Below the pieces are notes generated by a model. That model was not told where the DNA came from and ran no database searches. It worked only from the letters and a program-made list of their open reading frames with translations. Made by a program: the position numbers and the translations under genes. Shown piece by piece: positions 22,066 to 30,518 of a stretch of DNA of 60,190 nt. This DNA comes from Bacillota bacterium. Lineage in GTDB: Bacteria; Bacillota; Bacilli; Bacillales; Amphibacillaceae. Positions within the stretch are counted from its first letter, which is position 1; every line of letters starts with the position of its first letter. Location of the stretch: NCBI GenBank assembly GCA_035301025.1, contig DATGUV010000021.1, positions 1 through 60,190 of the forward strand. Direction: 5' to 3'.

Positions 22066-22242
22066 ATGGTTTTAGCGATTATTTTACTAGTTGTTGCAAT
22101 TGTGTCAGTTATTTCAGTGATTCGTCAATTGAGATTTAAAAACATACTTGCACTAGGATTTTCTGCAGTTTCAGCACTTACTTTTGGTTTCTTTTCAATC
22201 GCAACAATTTTTTGCCATTTTTCTTCTACATGTGGATCATAA
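22066..22242 (+). CDS. yqgW: Small two-TM protein (DUF2759/YqgW-like, 58 aa)
   Basis: Not in ORF track. GAGGAGG RBS; MVLAIILLVV...KNILALGF...FGFFSIATI; divergent from yqgX as in B. subtilis. Confidence 0.8.
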   Translation: MVLAIILLVVAIVSVISVIRQLRFKNILALGFSAVSALTFGFFSIATIFCHFSSTCGS

Positions 22243-22381
22243 TGTGAGACACGGGCGAAATGCATACATGAGTTAGGAATGGATTGCTTTAAAATCCTGC
22301 ACTACTATAAAACTGCTATGAATGGGAGAAATCCACTTCTTATTGATTTAAACAACATTTCCTCGTGATACATAACCAAAT

Positions 22382-22419
22382 AAAAAAAGCTAGCTCATAA
22401 AAATGAGCTAGCTTTTTTT
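22382..22419. terminator. Bidirectional terminator at the end of yqgS
   Basis: AAAAAAAGCTAGCTCAT-aaaa-ATGAGCTAGCTTTTTTT. Confidence 0.85.
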
Positions 22420-24319
22420 ATTTCTCTTCTGGATCAAATTCTACAAATCTGAATAAATCTCCATATATGATTTGATCCGAGTATTTTAATTCCTCTTCAA
22501 TTGAATCTTTTATCGGTGAACAAACATTGTCTTCATTTAATTCATCACCTTCAGAAGCTAATACTTCTCCTGTTATACGGTCGTAACAAATGCCACTCGT
22601 TGAAACATAATCATCACTGACAAAGTCACCATTTCTCATCCCAATATACCCTTTACGGTCATTATGGAATAAGTCATTACCAAAGTAAATGTCATCTGAC
22701 GTGTCAATACCGACTAGGTGTAGCAATGTTGGTTTTATATCAATTTGACCAGCCACTTCATCCATCATCTCCCCTTCTCCATGTCCAGGGATATGAATTA
22801 AGAATGGTACTCTTTGCAATTGAATGTAGTCATAAGGAGTAATTTCTTCTTTATCCAAATACATACTCATCGCTTTATTATGACTTGCACTTATACCATC
22901 ATGGTCACCCATAATTACGATAATTGAATCTTCATATAAACCTGCATTTTTCAAATGCGCGAAAAACTCCTCAATTGCTTCATCCATATATCTCACAGTT
23001 GGGAAGTAACTGTTTAGTGTGTTTGAGTTCGAATCATAGCGATCAATCGACATATCCTCTTCATCTAACTCAAATGGGAAATGATTCGTTAAAGTAATAA
23101 ATTTTGAATAAAAAGGTTGTTCTAGAGATTGTAAATATGGAATCGATTGTTCAAAAAATTCTTTATCCTTTAATCCCCATCCAATAGAATTCTCATCCGT
23201 TATTTCATAAGATTCTACGTCAAAGAATGTATCAATTTGCAAACTATCATAAATTTGATCCCTATTCCAAAAGCTTTTGTTATTTGCATGGAATACGGCA
23301 GATTCATAGTTTTTTTCCTCTAACATTTCAGGCATCGCATGATATTCATTATTACCGTGGGTAAAGAAAACAGCACCACGAGATGATGGGTAAAGTGAGT
23401 TTTCTGTAATAAATTCAGAGTCTGATGTTTTACCCTGTTGTGTTTGGTGATAAAAGTTTTCAAAGTAATACGTATCTTCATCTCTAATTAAATCATTTAG
23501 AAATGGTGTGATTGTTTGTCCATTTACCTCATTATCAATTACGAATGATTGAAGGGACTCTGCAGAGATAAATATAATGTTTCTATCCTCAGCGATTCCA
23601 AATAGCTCAGACGTTTCATTTCCTCGAACTTCATCTTGAATAAATTGTTCAATATCTGGTAATTCATTGCCATCAGCAAATACTCGTTGAGTTTTTACTT
23701 TTGAGTGAACTGCAATGTCGTATACGTGATAATTAAAAAGTCCAATATTTTTCACTAAATATTCTCGGTCAAAAGCACGTGTAAAGAGCTGTGGACGTTC
23801 CATTTCTGCTAAGAAAAAGTTTCCTGTTAATAAAACTAATGACATTGCCAGGGCAAATACTTTTCCACTTCGTTCATATTCAACAGCAACCTGATCCTCA
23901 AATCTCTTACTAATATACCAAATTACAATTACATCAATAAAGAAGATAATATCATACCACTCTATTAATGTTAGTATGCTTGTGCCAAGATCAGCAGCAT
24001 TACTTGTTTGGAATAATTGTGGAACGGTTATAAAATCTGTGAATGAACGATAAAACACTAAGTTGAAATAAATAATGATAGAACCAATCAATGCTGAGTA
24101 TCGTATAAACTTCATTTGTCTAGACTGTTTTGAAAACCAAACACTGATGGCAAAAAACAGAAAAGCAGAAACAAATGGGTTTACGAATAAAATAAACTCC
24201 TGCATCATATTGTCTAATTCAATTGAAAATGCAAATCGGTATACAAGATAGGTTTTTAATCCAAATAATATACTCGCAATTACATATAGAGGTAAGTTTG
24301 CTCGTTTATTATTGTTCAT
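22418..24319 (-). CDS. yqgS: LTA synthase family protein
   Basis: Five N-terminal TM segments, ESLQ, GKTSDSE, TNHFPF, GDH. Confidence 0.9.
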   Translation of the reverse strand: MNNNKRANLPLYVIASILFGLKTYLVYRFAFSIELDNMMQEFILFVNPFVSAFLFFAISVWFSKQSRQMKFIRYSALIGSIIIYFNLVFYRSFTDFITVPQLFQTSNAADLGTSILTLIEWYDIIFFIDVIVIWYISKRFEDQVAVEYERSGKVFALAMSLVLLTGNFFLAEMERPQLFTRAFDREYLVKNIGLFNYHVYDIAVHSKVKTQRVFADGNELPDIEQFIQDEVRGNETSELFGIAEDRNIIFISAESLQSFVIDNEVNGQTITPFLNDLIRDEDTYYFENFYHQTQQGKTSDSEFITENSLYPSSRGAVFFTHGNNEYHAMPEMLEEKNYESAVFHANNKSFWNRDQIYDSLQIDTFFDVESYEITDENSIGWGLKDKEFFEQSIPYLQSLEQPFYSKFITLTNHFPFELDEEDMSIDRYDSNSNTLNSYFPTVRYMDEAIEEFFAHLKNAGLYEDSIIVIMGDHDGISASHNKAMSMYLDKEEITPYDYIQLQRVPFLIHIPGHGEGEMMDEVAGQIDIKPTLLHLVGIDTSDDIYFGNDLFHNDRKGYIGMRNGDFVSDDYVSTSGICYDRITGEVLASEGDELNEDNVCSPIKDSIEEELKYSDQIIYGDLFRFVEFDPEEK

Positions 24320-24518
24320 CTTTTTTCCTCCTATATCATACGTTATTCATTCAATTGAATGAATAACAGTAACAAACAGGTTCATTTTTAGTATAACATG
24401 TTTAAAACCATTACTTTTTTGTTCAAAAATTGTTTGTTCCAATTATAAAACCTTCGTACGTATATTAGACGTTATAGAATTGAAAAGGTTACAACTCTAT
24501 ACTTATTTTCTGAAATGA

Positions 24519-24716
24519 TTATTTAGTACGTAATTGTCTCTTTTCTCTACGGATGAGCAATTGTGCTTGAATAAAGTCTTTTTCAGGAACAATTTTAGCG
24601 TCGTATAATTCCTCTAATTCCATTTCCATCAAATCTAAATCGGCATCGCGATTTCCTGTGTAAATAAAAATGTGATATTTTTTTAATAATTGCAAGACGT
24701 CGTACATATTCTTCAT
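24519..24716 (-). CDS. yqgQ: YqgQ (DUF910) protein
   Basis: YDVLQLLKKYHIFIYTG..R..DL.LME.EL. Confidence 0.88.
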   Translation of the reverse strand: MKNMYDVLQLLKKYHIFIYTGNRDADLDLMEMELEELYDAKIVPEKDFIQAQLLIRREKRQLRTK

Positions 24717-24851
24717 TATTCATCACCGACTTATATTATATCAAATTATACTACGTTGACCTAAGATTTTACAATTACGTAATGATTACATTCATATTTC
24801 GAATGTAGAAGCATACAGTCATGTAGGACAAGTATTGTTACATGAAAGGGG

Positions 24852-25652
24852 ATGCTTATGAAATCTTTGTACATTTTTATGTTTGTCCTATGTGTTTCGA
24901 TATTTAGTTTCATTGCACATTCACAAAATAGTGTGCCTGTCATTACTTATTTTCCGCCAAATGATCACATTTATTTTACGAATACTACAAATTCATTACT
25001 ATATACTAACAATACACTTTCATGGAATGTATCCTCATCTACAAATAAAAAAACGTATGTAAGACAAGATGTATCCCTTCTATATAAAGATGGATTATTC
25101 GAAGGTTATATGAATATATGGAAAAACCCGGGAAAACAACTTCAAATCCATAAAGATTTTCCATATCCTCAATCAGGTTTTTATGAAAGCATCTCTGTTC
25201 ACTATAGTGAATTTCATCGTGAGCAAGAGATTTTTAGCACTGCAGAAATGAATGGTGTATCTTTACAACTAGATTGTAAAAAACAATCATGTACTGAAAT
25301 TGACTTGGAAAACTTTTCATTTACGAACCAAACGTCACCCATTCAAACACATTGGAGGGAATTAATGACCTATTTTAACGTGGAAAAGGAGGAATACACT
25401 TCCATTGCTTTATCCGCATTGGAAACATATGCACACACTCCTCTTCCTTCTTTTACACAAGAGGAAACAGATGCAATTATCCTTCATTTATGGGAAGGTT
25501 TATATGCGAATTATGTAGTTGGAATCATGGAAACAAGCGAACAAAAAAGAGCACATTACATGCCCTTAGTATTGTTTAATCATGATGAAATTAAAATACT
25601 TTATGAAATCAACGGAAAAAAAGAACAATTGATTCAAAAAATTTCTCATTAG
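24852..25652 (+). CDS. Hypothetical exported protein
   Basis: 266-aa ORF with AAAGGGG RBS and N-terminal hydrophobic signal-like segment. Confidence 0.75.
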   Translation: MLMKSLYIFMFVLCVSIFSFIAHSQNSVPVITYFPPNDHIYFTNTTNSLLYTNNTLSWNVSSSTNKKTYVRQDVSLLYKDGLFEGYMNIWKNPGKQLQIHKDFPYPQSGFYESISVHYSEFHREQEIFSTAEMNGVSLQLDCKKQSCTEIDLENFSFTNQTSPIQTHWRELMTYFNVEKEEYTSIALSALETYAHTPLPSFTQEETDAIILHLWEGLYANYVVGIMETSEQKRAHYMPLVLFNHDEIKILYEINGKKEQLIQKISH

Positions 25653-27191
25653 TTATTCTACGATACGGTTATACAATTCTTCGATATCTTCATTTTCCGG
25701 TTGTAACTCATACGCTTTTGTCACACGTTCAATTGCTAAATCTTCCTCCCCTACCTCTAAATGAAGCAAGGCTAAATTGTAATATGCTTCAGGTATCATC
25801 GTATCTTCTAGTATAATAACTTCTTCTAGATCCTCTTGTGCTTTATCAAATTCATACATCATAATATATGCATATGACCGCTGGAATAACAACTGTGCAG
25901 CATGAGTATCACCTTTAGAAAGCAAATTTGTCGTACGGTCAATGACTTCATCAAATTCTCGTGCTTCCTGCATGCGTTCAATTTCATTTAGTTCATACAA
26001 CGTTATGTTTGATTCATTGTTAAATGCAAACCATAAAAGTCCACTTAATCCAATAATAGTTGCTAGCATTCCAAGGGCTCGTATATTAGTATTCTTTTGA
26101 TTAGGTAATTGAATGATGGCTGCAGCTAAAAATCCTGTAATCAATCCACCAACATGGGCACTGTTATCTACCATAGGAACCGTAAATCCAAAGACTAAAT
26201 TTAATACGATAATCACTAGTATGCTTGAACCCATTGTTTGAAAAAATAACCTTTTATGAATAAGACCGAAATAAAGAAGTACCCCAAACATTCCAAAGAT
26301 AGCGCCTGATGCACCAGCTGAAATGCTACTAGAAAATGCAAAACTAGCTGTTCCCGCACCAATTCCAGCAAACATATACATACATAAAAATCGTTTAGAA
26401 CCAAATATTTGTTCTACCGCAATTCCTAAATAATAAAGAGCCAACATATTCATTGCTAAATGAAAGAAACCAATATGCATAAACATGGATGTTATTATTC
26501 TCCACCATTCACCTTCCATAATAAGTGGATTATATTTCGCTCCATATTGTATAAGTGTTTCAGTATCTGTACTTCCTCCATTAAATTCAACTACGAAAAA
26601 GTAAAACACATTTAATGCAATGAGGATATATACGAGTTTTGGTTTACCAAAAAATAAGATCTTACGTATGTGTTCTTGTTGTCTCTTTATACTTGTATGT
26701 AATTCTCTTTTATATGCATGCACAAAGGCCTCCTGCTCATGTACTGTAGTAGCAGGAATGTTCTTTAATTCCTCATGCTGAATATTTCTTGCTAATCGAT
26801 GCAGTTCTTCTTTTCCATTTTCTTCATCCATGTAATACATTTTCATTGAAACGTTTTTCTTTTTTCTAAAACGAACGGGTTCTTTTAACATTTCCCAAGT
26901 ATCCACAGGTGGGTATGTAGAAATGTATACATTATGGATATTAATTTCTTTACCTTTAATTCGACGTTGTAAAGTTTCAAAAGTATGAAGAGTTCGAGCC
27001 ATATCTGACTTCAATTCATTCTTCCAATTAAATCCGCGATTGCTTAATCGAATAACCGTTGTTCTTCTCTGTTTTGATTTTTGTAACCACAGTTCATCCG
27101 TTTGACGATTGATATGTACCACTTCATATTTGTCTTCATTTATAAGTTTTTGTGCAAGTGTATATAATGTATATAGTTCTGATATGTACAA
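25653..27191 (-). CDS. gluP: Rhomboid protease with C-terminal TPR repeats
   Basis: WWRI, HIG..HL..N, GASG catalytic Ser, AHVGG catalytic His, TPR-like tail. Confidence 0.92.
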   Translation of the reverse strand: MYISELYTLYTLAQKLINEDKYEVVHINRQTDELWLQKSKQRRTTVIRLSNRGFNWKNELKSDMARTLHTFETLQRRIKGKEINIHNVYISTYPPVDTWEMLKEPVRFRKKKNVSMKMYYMDEENGKEELHRLARNIQHEELKNIPATTVHEQEAFVHAYKRELHTSIKRQQEHIRKILFFGKPKLVYILIALNVFYFFVVEFNGGSTDTETLIQYGAKYNPLIMEGEWWRIITSMFMHIGFFHLAMNMLALYYLGIAVEQIFGSKRFLCMYMFAGIGAGTASFAFSSSISAGASGAIFGMFGVLLYFGLIHKRLFFQTMGSSILVIIVLNLVFGFTVPMVDNSAHVGGLITGFLAAAIIQLPNQKNTNIRALGMLATIIGLSGLLWFAFNNESNITLYELNEIERMQEAREFDEVIDRTTNLLSKGDTHAAQLLFQRSYAYIMMYEFDKAQEDLEEVIILEDTMIPEAYYNLALLHLEVGEEDLAIERVTKAYELQPENEDIEELYNRIVE

Positions 27192-27278
27192 GGATATTCC
27201 CCCTCAGAATACTATCATAGCAAATTTTTAATCATTTGTATGATAATATAAAAAAGAAGTTGCATATACAACCTCTTT

Positions 27279-27440
27279 TTAGGATAGATCATTCATATGC
27301 TCAAAATTTCTCAATTCCCGCATAACAATGAATCTTCGAACAGATGGGATGAAACATAATACATGCAAAAGACGATATCTCCATTTATATGCTAAAGCAA
27401 CTCCAAATATAACAAATAATATTTTTCCGCATACACGCAT
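27279..27440 (-). CDS. Small membrane protein (53 aa) at the yqgO position
   Basis: Not in ORF track. RBS AAGAAGG; MRVCGKILFVIFGVALAYKWRYRLLHVL...; sigma-E-like GTATATT-N13-CATATGCT upstream. Confidence 0.65.
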   Translation of the reverse strand: MRVCGKILFVIFGVALAYKWRYRLLHVLCFIPSVRRFIVMRELRNFEHMNDLS

Positions 27441-27508
27441 GTTATACCTTCTTTCAACTTTTCACATAGCATATGTGGATTCAGAGCAAATATACTGTTA
27501 AACGGAAA

Positions 27509-28516
27509 TTATGAACCGATATATCGATCAAATAGTGATCTTGCCTTGCTGAGATCATCTGTCCCTTGAACCAAGACACGACCATTTGGAAATAAAACAA
27601 AGGTAACTTCATTGTTTAGTTCCACTTTCAATAAAAACGGAGTACGTTTTGTTGGGGAAATGTGTTTAAATCTTTCTTCCATGGCATGTAAATCAAAGTT
27701 CGTTGGCGCAAAGAGTTGTACACTATTTCTTCCACATAGGGATTGTTCAATGTCTCTGTTTCCTTTCTCAAGCGCCGGATATGTATGATGCATACAAACA
27801 GGACAGTGGGGTCGCTTGTTTGGTAAATTCACCTGATAGGTTTGGTTGTTCCATATATCAAACGTTCGTAGTACAGATTGAATCCTATATGAGTGACCTG
27901 TTAAATATTTTAATCCTTCGGTAACTTGGAAGGATGCAATAATATCAACAATAGGTGATATTACACCAACAGTATCACATGTTTGACCAGATGATTGTTG
28001 CTCCTCAAATAAACAGCGTACACATGATGTTGTTGAAGGGTTAAAAAAAGCAGTCATTCCTCGCGAGCTTACAACTCCACCGTACACAAATGGTATATTA
28101 TTTTTAAAACAACTATCATTCATGATATATCTGGTAGAAAAGTTATCCGTTCCATCGAACACTAAGTCCGCACCTTCTATGTATGTTTGGATATTATCTT
28201 GAGAAATGTGTGAAACATGCGCTTCAATGGTTATTTCAGAATTATACGTTTCCAATATTCTTTTTGCAGCTACTGCCTTAGGAACCATGTCTATTGCATC
28301 TTGTTCCGTAAACAATGATTGACGTTGTAAGTTACTTTCTTCTACAAAATCACGATCCACAATCCGTATACGCCCTATCCCACTTCTTGTTAAATGATTT
28401 GCGATAACCGTCCCAAGAGCACCCATACCAACGATTAAAACCGAGCTATTTCTTAATTTTTTTTGACCTTCCTCACCAATGGGACCGAAGAGTGTTTGTC
28501 TTGAATATCGATTCAT
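27509..28516 (-). CDS. ThiF/MoeB-family adenylyltransferase
   Basis: RYSRQ, GMGALG, SNLQRQ, DGTDN, CxxC motifs, C-terminal LCGR domain. Confidence 0.9.
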   Translation of the reverse strand: MNRYSRQTLFGPIGEEGQKKLRNSSVLIVGMGALGTVIANHLTRSGIGRIRIVDRDFVEESNLQRQSLFTEQDAIDMVPKAVAAKRILETYNSEITIEAHVSHISQDNIQTYIEGADLVFDGTDNFSTRYIMNDSCFKNNIPFVYGGVVSSRGMTAFFNPSTTSCVRCLFEEQQSSGQTCDTVGVISPIVDIIASFQVTEGLKYLTGHSYRIQSVLRTFDIWNNQTYQVNLPNKRPHCPVCMHHTYPALEKGNRDIEQSLCGRNSVQLFAPTNFDLHAMEERFKHISPTKRTPFLLKVELNNEVTFVLFPNGRVLVQGTDDLSKARSLFDRYIGS

Positions 28517-28525
28517 TGTTTTCTT

Positions 28526-29098
28526 CTACCCCCTTGAAGTTTCAATTAATCCTTTTTCCGTTACTAGATAATCTACTGGGATATCATGGGATTCCTTAGG
28601 TATACGTGAAATAAGTTGTTTTTCGCTCACGAATGAAAGAGTCACATGTTTGTAATCCATTAAAAAACGGTCATAATATCCTCCTCCAAAACCAATACGA
28701 TAGCCACTTGAATCAAATACAACTCCAGGTACAAATAAAATATCTAAATTGTTTTTAGGTACTATTCTTTCTTCGTTAGGAATTGGTTCTTTTAAATTAA
28801 AATAAACGACTTCTAATTCATCGTAGGATTGAAACTCATAAAAAATCATAGATCGATTTTCGTGGAAACATTTTGGAACAGCTATTTTTTTGCCATCTTT
28901 CCAGCCTTGTTCAATAATTTGCTTCGTATCCCACTCAATGCCATCCTGACTAATGGTAATTCCAACTGTTTGAGAATTCTTCCATAGTTCTGTTTGAAAA
29001 ACTGTTTCTTGTAGTTGTTCCTCAATATGTTTATGTTCTTTTTTTGACACGTTTTTTAATGTATGAATAGTATTTTTTCGTAATTCTACTTTGTCCAT
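28526..29098 (-). CDS. yqgN: 5-formyltetrahydrofolate cyclo-ligase
   Basis: VPGVVFD..GYRIGFGGGYYDR, HDIPVD. Confidence 0.93.
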   Translation of the reverse strand: MDKVELRKNTIHTLKNVSKKEHKHIEEQLQETVFQTELWKNSQTVGITISQDGIEWDTKQIIEQGWKDGKKIAVPKCFHENRSMIFYEFQSYDELEVVYFNLKEPIPNEERIVPKNNLDILFVPGVVFDSSGYRIGFGGGYYDRFLMDYKHVTLSFVSEKQLISRIPKESHDIPVDYLVTEKGLIETSRG

Positions 29099-29171
29099 TT
29101 TTCCACCCCGCTTATTATCAAATCCTATTACTACTATACAACATCTTTGCATTATCGCAAAAAAGGTAGAA

Positions 29172-29203
29172 AAAAACTCTTATCAATCATGATAAGAGTT
29201 TTT
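29172..29203 (-). terminator. Terminator of rpmG
   Basis: AAAAACTCTTATCA-atca-TGATAAGAGTTTTT. Confidence 0.8.
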
Positions 29204-29209
29204 CAAAGA

Positions 29210-29359
29210 TTATTTTGTTTCACGATGTAACGTATGTTTTCTTAACCGTGGGCTATATTTCATTAATTCTAAACGTTCAGGATTTGTACGTTTATTCTTT
29301 TTCGTAATATAATTGCGGTCACCTGTTTCAGTGCATGCAAGTGTAATGTTTACGCGCAT
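29210..29359 (-). CDS. rpmG: 50S ribosomal protein L33
   Basis: Not in ORF track. [49 protein letters not shown]; GGAGGG RBS. Confidence 0.97.
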   Translation of the reverse strand: MRVNITLACTETGDRNYITKKNKRTNPERLELMKYSPRLRKHTLHRETK

Positions 29360-29534
29360 ATTGATTCCCTCCAAACGATAACAATTTCAAATCTTTCCTA
29401 TTGATAAATCAATTTACTTTACTATAATATCAGAACATCTATCATCTCGCAACAAAATTGTTATCTCTTTCATATTTAAATTTATCTCTTTTTGTGATAT
29501 AACTAAGAGGGGGACAAAGGATGGAGGTTAAAAT

Positions 29535-29879
29535 ATGATGTATGTCATTGGTACATTACTAGCAGTAGGACTTGTTCTACTTATCATTTCGTTTTTCATG
29601 TCGGATCGCTTCTCAGAATTAGAAAGTGAGTTTGAACAATTCTCTATTTCGACGATGCAAGATACATACCAGATAAAAAAGAAAATCGAAATTTTAGAAG
29701 AAGAATTACTTACTGATGGTAACTTATCTTCAAATGTGCTACGAACTACAGAGAGTGAACCACGTGTCATTCAACGTGTGATTCAATTACACAAACAAGG
29801 ACTATCTGTTGTTGATATAGCACAACGTACAAATTTATCGAATTACGACATTCAAACAATTATTTCAAATAATCAATAA
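29535..29879 (+). CDS. yqzD: YqzD-like membrane protein with C-terminal HTH-like segment
   Basis: N-terminal TM, coiled coil [14 protein letters not shown], synteny. Confidence 0.78.
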   Translation: MMYVIGTLLAVGLVLLIISFFMSDRFSELESEFEQFSISTMQDTYQIKKKIEILEEELLTDGNLSSNVLRTTESEPRVIQRVIQLHKQGLSVVDIAQRTNLSNYDIQTIISNNQ

Positions 29880-29889
29880 GGGGATTTCT

Positions 29890-30483
29890 ATGAAACAACC
29901 AATCCGTTATTTTTCAATTGGGTTAATAGTCGCTGGGTTAGCATTGTTTGTTGTATATAGCTATTTCGACAAACCACAAGCAAAGATGGATGAAATAGAT
30001 GTAGATACACTCATTTCTATGGTAAAAGATAATGGATACCATGTCATGGAAGAATCTGAGTATATTCGATTGTCAGTTATTCAAGGAAACTCAGATGAGG
30101 AAAATGATGATGATGAATTAGATGAAGATAAGACCCAGGATAAGGACACAGATAAAGAGAAAGACGAAGATGAAGATAAAGACAAAGATAAAGACAATGA
30201 CAAAGATAAAGATAAAGACAAAGATAAAGGCAAAGATAAAGACAAAGACAAAGATAAAGATGAATCCACTAAGACAACATACACCATTGATATTCAGCCG
30301 GATATGCTTCCTTCAGATGTAAGCAACCTGTTAGAAAAAGAAAAAATTATTAAAGATGCGTCTTCCTTTAATAAATTTCTCGAAGACAATGACTACAGTA
30401 AACTCATTCAAATTGGTACATTTAAAGTTTCCAGTGATATGAGTGAAGAGGAAGTAGCTAAAATTATTACCCGTTCAAATTAA
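29890..30483 (+). CDS. yqzC: YqzC-like protein with YceG-like C-terminus
   Basis: N-terminal TM, acidic linker, IQIGTF...MS.EEVAKIIT. Confidence 0.78.
   Translation: MKQPIRYFSIGLIVAGLALFVVYSYFDKPQAKMDEIDVDTLISMVKDNGYHVMEESEYIRLSVIQGNSDEENDDDELDEDKTQDKDTDKEKDEDEDKDKDKDNDKDKDKDKDKGKDKDKDKDKDESTKTTYTIDIQPDMLPSDVSNLLEKEKIIKDASSFNKFLEDNDYSKLIQIGTFKVSSDMSEEEVAKIITRSN
30175..30263 (+). repeat. Hexamer tandem repeat (GAYAAA)n encoding an Asp-Lys linker
   Basis: gataaagacaaagataaagac... translating DKDKDKDNDKDKDKDKDKGKDKDKDKDKD. Confidence 0.9.
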
Positions 30484-30518
30484 AAAACATTGTGCGATCA
30501 TTCGCACAATGTTTTTTT
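30482..30518. terminator. Bidirectional terminator yqzC/pbpA
   Basis: AAAAAACATTGTGCGA-tcat-TCGCACAATGTTTTTT. Confidence 0.88.

Noticed and set aside
24774-24794. Zur-box-like core CGTAATGATTAC
   Set aside because: Flanks do not match AAAT...ATTT and neighbouring genes have no clear zinc link
30081-30322. Ser-Leu and Ile-Lys repeat ORFs
   Set aside because: Alternative frames of the yqzC hexamer repeat
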